Shown in pieces: positions 31,229 to 38,798 of a stretch of 64,000 nt of DNA (position 1 is its first letter; the number at the start of each line of letters is the position of its first letter). The stretch covers positions 1,056,001 through 1,120,000 of the forward strand of contig OY769902.1 of assembly GCA_963669175.1 (NCBI GenBank), read 5' to 3'. Under the pieces are notes generated by a model. It had not been told where the DNA came from. It made no database searches and saw nothing but the letters and a program-made list of their open reading frames with translations. Source of the stretch: a bacterium. GTDB taxonomy: Bacteria > Electryoneota > Electryoneia > Electryoneales > Electryoneaceae. Made by a program: the position numbers and the translations under genes.

Positions 31229-32296
31229 ATGGGCAGTGCGATTTTCGGGGTGGTGTTTGGGTTGGTGTTGTTGATTGCCGGGGCCGAGCTGTTGGTGCGT
31301 GGCGCATCGAAGCTGGCGGCCTTGCTTGGCTTATCGCAAGTCGTGATCGGGCTGACCGTAGTCGCCTTCGGCACCAGCGCCCCGGAGCTGGCGGTGAGCA
31401 TACAGGCAGCTTTGAAAGGCACACCCGATATCACCATGGGCACCAATGTCGGCAGCAACATCTTCAATATCCTGTTCATTCTCGGCATTTCTGCAACCAT
31501 AGTCCCGTTGACTGTCGCCTACCGTATGATCCGTTTCGATATCCCGCTGATGATCGGCAGTTCTGTTCTGCTGTATGTCATGGCGCTCAACGGCTCCCTG
31601 GCCCGTTGGGAAGCGGGGCTGCTTTTCGCGCTGGTCATCACCTGGACCGTCTGGCTGATCGTACAGTCACGCAAGGACAACGCCCCCGCCGAACTTGCAG
31701 ACACATCTGCACCATCCGGACGTTCCCTGAAGGGTATGCTATTGGCAATTCTTGGCGTGGTTGTGGGGTTGGCGGCGTTGATTTATGGCGGTGATACGCT
31801 GGTGGATAACTCGGTTACTATCGCGAAAGCGATTGGTCTGAGCGAACGTGTCATCGGGCTGACCCTGATCGCGATGGGGACTTCGCTGCCCGAGCTGGCG
31901 ACCTCGATTGTGGCGGCGACCAAGGGGAACCGTGATCTCGCCGTCGCCAATATCGTCGGGTCCAACATGTTCAACATCCTCGCCGTCATCGCTGTGGCCG
32001 GAGTGGTCTCGCCGCACGGTATCCCGGTAGAAAAATCCATGCTGCATCTCGATTTCCCGGTCATGCTGGCCGCTTCGATCCTGCTGCTGCCCATCGCCTT
32101 CACCGGACGCAGGATCAACCGTATCGAGGGCCTGCTCTTCCTCGGCTACTTCAGCTTCTACATGGTGGTCCTGTTCACGCTCGGCAAAATCGACACGCTC
32201 GAAACCGACACCCTGACCACCGTCGCCCTTGTCGCGGGTATCGCTACGGTCGTTGGGCTGGGCATCAGTGTAGTGAGGGCGATAAGGGAGAAGTGA
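31229..32296 (+). CDS. Calcium/sodium antiporter (YrbG family)
   Basis: Two alpha repeats: GTSAPE...GSNIFN and GTSLPE...GSNMFN. Confidence 0.95.
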   Translation: MGSAIFGVVFGLVLLIAGAELLVRGASKLAALLGLSQVVIGLTVVAFGTSAPELAVSIQAALKGTPDITMGTNVGSNIFNILFILGISATIVPLTVAYRMIRFDIPLMIGSSVLLYVMALNGSLARWEAGLLFALVITWTVWLIVQSRKDNAPAELADTSAPSGRSLKGMLLAILGVVVGLAALIYGGDTLVDNSVTIAKAIGLSERVIGLTLIAMGTSLPELATSIVAATKGNRDLAVANIVGSNMFNILAVIAVAGVVSPHGIPVEKSMLHLDFPVMLAASILLLPIAFTGRRINRIEGLLFLGYFSFYMVVLFTLGKIDTLETDTLTTVALVAGIATVVGLGISVVRAIREK

Positions 32297-32390
32297 TCAG
32301 GGGGTAGAGTGTTTTCTATTCTGATACAGTCTGGAAGGCGGGGACTTGTGCGCCGGGGCGTATCTCGAGGACATACGCGCAAAGTCCAGT

Positions 32391-32543
32391 TCAATTTGTT
32401 TTGTCTTCCTTCCTCCGCTTCAGAATACGGTCAAACACAACACGAGCGGGTTCGGTCTTTTCTTCCTGAACCTGACTGTTGCCCAATTCAAGAATTTTCA
32501 GCAACGCGGCAGTTTCTGGCTTCTGTTGATTCCGGTTGTTCAT
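32391..32543 (-). pseudogene. 50-aa ORF resembling the C-terminal half of a Phd/YefM-type antitoxin
   Basis: Own translation: MNNRNQQKPETAALLKILELGNSQVQEEKTEPARVVFDRILKRRKEDKTN. ETxALLKILxLG...PAxxVFxR recalls Phd-family C-termini. Starts 3 nt after the TPR gene stop. Confidence 0.5.
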
Positions 32544-32546
32544 TTC

Positions 32547-34721
32547 CTACCCCATCATCTCCTTGGTGCGCTCGATCTCGCGCAGAAATTGTTGATATAA
32601 ACGATTATGAGGACTTCCGGGATACTTTTCGGCGAAAGGTTTAATAGTTGCTGCACCAGACTCAAACGCTTCGAGCGCATCTTCCATCTTTCCTTGTTGT
32701 CTGAGTGCAATTCCAAGTGGACCATGGCTCCTGGACAGGTCGGGCAGGAACCGGGCGGGATTGGCTTCTGCCAGTTTCCGATAGTGCTCGACCGCTTCCT
32801 GTATCGCGGTCAACGCACCCTCCGTGTCGCCCACGTCAGTTAAACAGGAAGACAGGTTGTTCAGGCTCATGGCCAGGTTGGGCAGGAACCGGGCGGGATT
32901 GGCTTCTGCCAGCTTGCGATAGTGCTCAACCGCTTCCTGTATCGCGTTTAACGCACCCTCTGTGTCGCCCACGTCAGATAATCGAAGTGATAGGTTGTTC
33001 AGGCTCGTGGCCAGGTCGGGCAGGAAACGGGCGGGATTGGCTTCTGCCAGTTTCCGATAGTGCTCGACCGCTTCCTGTATCGCGTTCAAGGCACCCTCTG
33101 TGTCGCCCACGTCAGATAATCTAAGTGACAGGTTGTTCAGGCTACTGGCCAGGTCGGGCAGGAAACGGGCGGGATTGGCTTCTGCCAGCTTGCGATAGTG
33201 CTCAACCGCTTCCTGTATCGCTTCCAGAGCCGTTTCAGTTTGCCCAAGACCCGATTCGTGGATTGACAAAAAAGTAAATAAATAAGCCTTTTCTTCATCA
33301 TTCTTCGCTTGACTTAATAATGTTCGCCACACACACACAGCAGTTTCCAGCAACCCCAGCGGTAGAGAAACCTCTTCCAATGAAGATCTAAGTTGATTAC
33401 ACCGTTCCGGTTTACCGTCCACCGCCTCTTTCAACCATTCCCCGAGTTTTTGTCCATGTACGCCAAGAGTGTACTCGATGTCATGACAGAGACGGCCAAG
33501 TCGTTCCAGGCCACTTTCAACATCGAGTTCCAGTCCAGCCCACATCAACTCCGGCGCAGAAGCACGGCTTTCATTAAGCGTGTTCAACACAAACACGGCT
33601 CCGATGATATCGGGTTTCATGGGTTCCAGAACACCCTCTCTCAGCAGGCCGGAAGCATTAAGTTTTCCTTCTATGCCAACTTCTGCGCTGCTCATTTCCA
33701 GGTATAGTTCTTTTCTGTCAATCAACTCCATGATCCGCTGAATAGACAACCTGTTTGCCAGTGTTGCAATGGCTACCAGGCGTGGGAATACCAATCGATC
33801 CTTTAGTTTCTGTTCTTTTGCAAGTAACTTTAAACGGGCAAACTCTTTGACAGCAATGGTTTTGACAATATCAACGCCGGAATATCCCGGCAATGCGGCA
33901 TCTGGATGAAACACACTGAATACGGCTGCTGAAAGGACAAACAGGGCACGCTGGTTTTCACTTCGTGAAAGACTTAGCCATTTGCCAAAATCCTCTTTGC
34001 TGATTTCCGGAATCTTCTTCTTCTTCGAAGTCTCCCCCGTTTTTTTCTGAACCGCTTTGAACAATTTGTAGGCTGCTTCTTCAGAAAGAATATCGAGGTG
34101 AATTGCTTTTGGGTGAGCTGCCCTAAACTTGCACTCTTCAAGCAAATTTTCCCATTTCCCTTGTTCCCTGCGGGATAGCATCAGAATACGAAGTCGTCCG
34201 GTTTCTTTTGCTTGTAGATCGCTCAAACTGCGTAGAAATACTTCAATAACAGCCAGATTTTCTTCCGGGTAGTCAATGACCAGCAAGGTGCCTTCAGTTC
34301 CCAATGCATGGATTGAGGGGCCGCTGAACCCAATAAAATAGGTTTCCCATCCCTCCTCACCACCTAACCGTTCAGCAACTTCAGCAGCCAATCGGCTTTT
34401 CCCTACTCCGCCATTTCCTGTGATAAAACGTAGTGCAGGTCCATCCGGACCACTTTTCGCCCAGTTGATTGCTTCACCGAATTGATCATGATGCCCGATT
34501 AGTTCATCTGTGATCCGGTATCGCCAATCGATATAAGCAGCGTTAAGCGTCTCTGGGTTTTGGATGTATTCACACCAGGGAGGTGTGGTATGTTTTACTT
34601 TATTTTTAGCATCTTCCTGTGAAGGTTGACAACTTTGGGAACAGTTTAATGCTAGAAGATTGGCAGTGGGGCCAAAATCATTCGCAACAATTTTTATCGT
34701 AAAGATCTGTCCTAATGACAT
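32547..34721 (-). CDS. STAND-like P-loop NTPase with C-terminal TPR repeats
   Basis: Walker A GNGGVGKSRL, Walker B LLVIDYPE, ILMLSR, four 46-aa TPR-like repeats. ATG 34721 after gggga. Confidence 0.85.
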   Translation of the reverse strand: MSLGQIFTIKIVANDFGPTANLLALNCSQSCQPSQEDAKNKVKHTTPPWCEYIQNPETLNAAYIDWRYRITDELIGHHDQFGEAINWAKSGPDGPALRFITGNGGVGKSRLAAEVAERLGGEEGWETYFIGFSGPSIHALGTEGTLLVIDYPEENLAVIEVFLRSLSDLQAKETGRLRILMLSRREQGKWENLLEECKFRAAHPKAIHLDILSEEAAYKLFKAVQKKTGETSKKKKIPEISKEDFGKWLSLSRSENQRALFVLSAAVFSVFHPDAALPGYSGVDIVKTIAVKEFARLKLLAKEQKLKDRLVFPRLVAIATLANRLSIQRIMELIDRKELYLEMSSAEVGIEGKLNASGLLREGVLEPMKPDIIGAVFVLNTLNESRASAPELMWAGLELDVESGLERLGRLCHDIEYTLGVHGQKLGEWLKEAVDGKPERCNQLRSSLEEVSLPLGLLETAVCVWRTLLSQAKNDEEKAYLFTFLSIHESGLGQTETALEAIQEAVEHYRKLAEANPARFLPDLASSLNNLSLRLSDVGDTEGALNAIQEAVEHYRKLAEANPARFLPDLATSLNNLSLRLSDVGDTEGALNAIQEAVEHYRKLAEANPARFLPNLAMSLNNLSSCLTDVGDTEGALTAIQEAVEHYRKLAEANPARFLPDLSRSHGPLGIALRQQGKMEDALEAFESGAATIKPFAEKYPGSPHNRLYQQFLREIERTKEMMG
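32730..33225 (-). repeat. 138-bp coding tandem repeat (about 3.6 copies)
   Basis: ggcaggaa(c/a)cgggcgggattggcttctgccag recurs every 138 nt. Confidence 0.9.
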
Positions 34722-34820
34722 GCTTCCCCCGTATATATTATCATACAAAGGTAAAGAAATTCAAGTCAGTTTTCAATGAAATATTAGCGATTATATGATA
34801 TGGGCATAATTTTTTGCGTG

Positions 34821-34853
34821 TCCTCGAGATCCCCGTTCAAGCCGGGGATGACA
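34821..34853. repeat. 33-bp palindromic repeat, identical to 55968-56000
   Basis: tcctcgagatccccgttcaagccggggatgaca. Confidence 0.85.
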
Positions 34854-34892
34854 TTGAAGGAAGTTTTCCTCGGAACTCAGGCATGAATCATT

Positions 34893-35813
34893 CTATTCCG
34901 GTTCCACCCACTTGTATCCTTCCGGGGGGTGGTGTTTCCAGCGTTTGTGCAGCCAGAGGTATTGTTCGGGCGCTTCACGGATGGCCGTTTCGGCGCGCTG
35001 GTTCAGTTCGTAGAGCAGGGCGACCGTGTCACGTTCCTTGTCGCCGGTCTGTTTCCAGTCCACGGGCCGGATAGTCACATGCTGAACACCGTCGATATGG
35101 CGTCCGGTCAGCATCAGCACCGGTGAGCCGGTCTTGATGGCGAAGACGGCAATCCCACGAAACGTCGAAGCCGGAATGCCGAACCAGGGCACAAACTCCC
35201 CGCCATCGCCGCCGCTCTGGTCAATCATCATGGCGATCAGGTTGTTGTTGCGCAGGGCCTTGATGATGCCACGCATGGCTTCCTGACGTTTCACGATATG
35301 CACCCCGGCGGCCTTACGGTGGGCGTCGATCAGGTCTTCGATCATGGGGTTGGATTGCTCGGCCACGACATAGGTAGTGTCCAGGCCACGGTTGGCCGAC
35401 CAGGCGCCGTTCAGTTCCCACAGGCCGAAATGGATGGTCGCGACCAGCGAGCCCTTGCCGTTGGCGCGGATCTGGTCGAGGTATTCGATGCCGTCCACCT
35501 TCACCCATTTCTCCATCTCCTCGCCGACAATCGCGGGGATACGGCTGGTGGCGGCGAGTGTCATGCCCATGGTGCGGTAGGTGCCGCGCACGGTTTTCGC
35601 GACCCAGGCGGCGTCCTTGTCCGGGAAGGCGCGGGCTACGTTTTCGCGTGCGACCTTTTTACGGATGCCAATGACGTCATGGAAAAACAGGCCGATCCCG
35701 GCGCCGACTTTCAGCGCGGTGCGGTGAGGTAAAAGGCGGAAAAACCCGGCGACACCGGACGCGAGACCGTACTCGAGCCGCCGTTGAAACTTGGACTTTT
35801 TATGTCTACCCAT
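34893..35813 (-). CDS. Lipid A lauroyl/myristoyl acyltransferase (LpxL/HtrB family)
   Basis: HFGLWE, MMIDQ, PEQYLWLHKRWK. Confidence 0.92.
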   Translation of the reverse strand: MGRHKKSKFQRRLEYGLASGVAGFFRLLPHRTALKVGAGIGLFFHDVIGIRKKVARENVARAFPDKDAAWVAKTVRGTYRTMGMTLAATSRIPAIVGEEMEKWVKVDGIEYLDQIRANGKGSLVATIHFGLWELNGAWSANRGLDTTYVVAEQSNPMIEDLIDAHRKAAGVHIVKRQEAMRGIIKALRNNNLIAMMIDQSGGDGGEFVPWFGIPASTFRGIAVFAIKTGSPVLMLTGRHIDGVQHVTIRPVDWKQTGDKERDTVALLYELNQRAETAIREAPEQYLWLHKRWKHHPPEGYKWVEPE

Positions 35814-35834
35814 CTTCTCTTCGCTCTTTGTACA

Positions 35835-36098
35835 TGATTCACAAGATATACAGGATGCTCAAGGATTAACAGGATAACCGACTCACAGGATGATAGGATG
35901 CAAGGATATTAAGGATAAAAAACATACTGCATTTTTTTAATGAAAAGATTATTATTCTATATGCTATTATTGATAGCGATACACTTCTCTTTTGCCTTAA
36001 AATTAATCATTTATTCATCCTTGACATCCTAATATCCTATTATCCTGTTAAGAAAAAATCCTGTTTATTGTTATCAATCTTGTATATCTTGTGAATCA
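35835..36098. repeat. AGGAT-periodic palindromic element
   Basis: Termini tgattcacaagatatacaggat / atcttgtatatcttgtgaatca (one mismatch), with a unique AT-rich centre. Confidence 0.85.
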
Positions 36099-36105
36099 CC
36101 CCAGT

Positions 36106-38376
36106 TTACTTCTCTGTGAAGGTGAAGATACGATCCCAGTCGGGTTCCGGTGGATCGATGACGTACTGTTCACAGCGTCCCAGGTACGTCTTGCTGGGAC
36201 CGTCATCAGGATCGATCTCCAGCGCTGCCTCGAACTTCTGCTTCGCATCGGTGAACTGCATGTCACGATACAATTCAAGCCCTTTAAGATACAGCTCGAT
36301 CACCTGTTTTTTCTCTGCGGAAACTTCGCTCTCGTCTTCAGCGATCAGTTCGTAAACACGCACCCCGGTTTCCTTGCCCTTGACACGGATATCATCGAGC
36401 ATACGTGTGACAAACCCCTTATCCTTAATATCTTCGTAGGTTTCCGGTCCGATCATGATGGTAGAGCCATAGCCCTTGTTGGCGCCTTCGAGACGGCTGG
36501 CCAGGTTGACCGCATCGCCCATGACCGTATAATCGAACACCTCAAGGCAGCCCATGTTCCCGACAATCATATCGCCGGTATTCACCCCGACACGACTGTA
36601 CAGGACAGGTTCACCTTTTTCTTTCCAGACTTCACGCAGTTCGACCAGTCGTTTCTGCATGCGCAGGGCGGCACGGCATCCCCAGGCGGCATGATCCTCA
36701 AAATAAACCGGCGCTCCCCATTCGGCCATGATCAGGTCGCCTTCGTACTTGTCGATGATACCCTCATTTTCGAGGATGATACGACTCATCTCGGACAAAT
36801 ACTCGTTCAGCAGATGCACCAGCTCTTCCGGTGTCAGTTTTTCCGATACGCTGGTGAATCCGGCGACGTCCGTGAACAGGGCGGTCATGCGGCGACGTTC
36901 ACCACCGAGCTTCAACATGTCGGGGTTGTCAATCAGGGATGCTACAACCTTTTGCGGGACATATTGCGAGAACATGCCCTTGATCATGGCCTTTTCTTTC
37001 TGGGCCGTAATAATGCGATACGCGGTTGTGAACAGATACATGAAACCGATAACAAGTACAGGCGCAACCAGGGCTACCCAGATTTGTTCGGCGATGAAGA
37101 TGTAATAGATGCCGACAATAACACCGAGCAACATGCCCATGGTCATCATGGAACCGGGAAGGATACGGGTGTAGTTATTGATGAAAAAGACAGCCAGCGC
37201 CAAGATAAAAACGAGCAACCATTCCAGAATTTCATCGGCGTTGACGATAAAATTCTGATCCACGATGGTCTGGAAGGCGTTAGCGTGGACTTCAACCCCC
37301 GGCGTCTGCTGATTCCAGCTTGATTCACCCGGAGGAGCGTAGGAATAGAACGGCGTATTCTTGTTATCCTGCAGCTCTGCGGCAGAAGCGCCGATGAAGA
37401 CAACCTTGTTACGGAAGGGGCTGTTTTCACGCACCCCGCGTAACGCCTCACGTGCCGTGGACTTTATCATTTCCAGCACAGTGGGGTCCATCGCCTGGTA
37501 TTCCGGGGCGCTGTAGGTCTCGTTCAGCTTCTGGTCGATCATGTCATCGGACATGGCCAGGTACATGTCCATGTAATTGGTGTCGTCTTCCTTCAGCTTG
37601 AAGGTAGAATCATCCAGCACCGATGCCAGGGAATAGGTCGGGAAATGACCGGCCGGACCATAGAAGTTGATCAGGAACGTAGTGGTAGTCATCATGGGGA
37701 TTTTATACGGCCCGAACAGGGTTTTGTGCGGATTGGACAGGTTAAAAATGCTGGTGTCGGCCATTTCGTTGATAACCTGCAACGCTTTCATGGACAGCGG
37801 CAGGTACATCAGGTCACCGTGTTCCTCGAAAAGCTTGTAGCGTCGAGTGAAACCATCACGGTCCTTAATTTCATTTACAATGCCGATATGCGACCCGGTA
37901 GCTTCTATCTGATCAATGGGACGGTGGGCCTGGGTGATGAGCCCCTCAACATTTCGCTTGCGGATAAAAGCGATCTTTCCTGCATGAATAACCCGGTCTG
38001 CATATTTCCCTGTTACTGCTGCCAGCAGAGAATCCTGTTCAGGGTTCATGGGTTCCGTGAACTCGATATCGAAGATCACCATACGTGCGCCGGCACGGAA
38101 CAGGTTTTCCAGCATGTGCGCGAAATAGTAGCGTGGGAATGGCCAACGGTCCGGCAGGGTCAGGAAGGATTCATCGTCAACAGCGACAATCACCACCTGG
38201 CTTGAATCGACCGGGATCGGACCACGCCAGAGAAAACGTGAATCGTAGGTCTTCAGCTCAAGTTCATAGAGCAAACCAACGCGACTCAAGAGCATGATCA
38301 TGATGGTGATGATGATGCTACCACCGATTCCGGTCAGAATCGGAACGCGTTTTTCCGCATTTTTCGCTGCCGCCAT
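36106..38376 (-). CDS. CHASE2 domain adenylate cyclase (class III)
   Basis: WPFPR and PGVEVHANA (CHASE2), three TMs, then FTDVAGFT, IDKYEGD, DYTVMGDAVNLASRLEG. K/D residues are of the ATP-specific type. Confidence 0.93.
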   Translation of the reverse strand: MAAAKNAEKRVPILTGIGGSIIITIMIMLLSRVGLLYELELKTYDSRFLWRGPIPVDSSQVVIVAVDDESFLTLPDRWPFPRYYFAHMLENLFRAGARMVIFDIEFTEPMNPEQDSLLAAVTGKYADRVIHAGKIAFIRKRNVEGLITQAHRPIDQIEATGSHIGIVNEIKDRDGFTRRYKLFEEHGDLMYLPLSMKALQVINEMADTSIFNLSNPHKTLFGPYKIPMMTTTTFLINFYGPAGHFPTYSLASVLDDSTFKLKEDDTNYMDMYLAMSDDMIDQKLNETYSAPEYQAMDPTVLEMIKSTAREALRGVRENSPFRNKVVFIGASAAELQDNKNTPFYSYAPPGESSWNQQTPGVEVHANAFQTIVDQNFIVNADEILEWLLVFILALAVFFINNYTRILPGSMMTMGMLLGVIVGIYYIFIAEQIWVALVAPVLVIGFMYLFTTAYRIITAQKEKAMIKGMFSQYVPQKVVASLIDNPDMLKLGGERRRMTALFTDVAGFTSVSEKLTPEELVHLLNEYLSEMSRIILENEGIIDKYEGDLIMAEWGAPVYFEDHAAWGCRAALRMQKRLVELREVWKEKGEPVLYSRVGVNTGDMIVGNMGCLEVFDYTVMGDAVNLASRLEGANKGYGSTIMIGPETYEDIKDKGFVTRMLDDIRVKGKETGVRVYELIAEDESEVSAEKKQVIELYLKGLELYRDMQFTDAKQKFEAALEIDPDDGPSKTYLGRCEQYVIDPPEPDWDRIFTFTEK

Positions 38377-38428
38377 AGCCCCTCGCATGGTTGGTGAAGC
38401 AGAGAGTCTCAGTGTTCCAAAACGGCTT

Positions 38429-38574
38429 TTATGTCAGGTCACAATCCACTTCGCGCACCAAGACCTGACATAACTGGCACTGTCAAGTAATTTTGCACGT
38501 TTTAAACATCATGGCCAACATTGACAAGTTCCGTCAGGTCTTGCGCGTATGGTTTTCACGCGTGTGACCAGACG
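38429..38574. repeat. GTCAGGTC/GACCTGAC REP-like doublet
   Basis: ttatgtcaggtcaca...caagacctgacataa and gttccgtcaggtcttgcgcg...gtgtgaccagacg. Confidence 0.8.
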
Positions 38575-38798
38575 TGAAATGCAAACCGATATTGAAACAG
38601 GTCCACAGACAAGATACGGTTTCGAAAGGGGCTCACAAAGGAACAACAGCGCATAATTACAGGTTTTCCGAAGAGATGAATTTACTATATTCGACTTCCC
38701 GACTCAGCAATGCAGGGAACCCGGAGATTCGGTTAAGCGTGTCGGAAATTCGAGCGTCCAAGATTCACATTGAACATAAACAAACAACGGAAGTTGAA

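Noticed and set aside
38575-38798. Cobalamin/TPP riboswitch or a longer N-terminus for the TonB receptor
   Set aside because: No recognisable riboswitch consensus. The ORF-track extension precedes a clear signal peptide starting at 38799.
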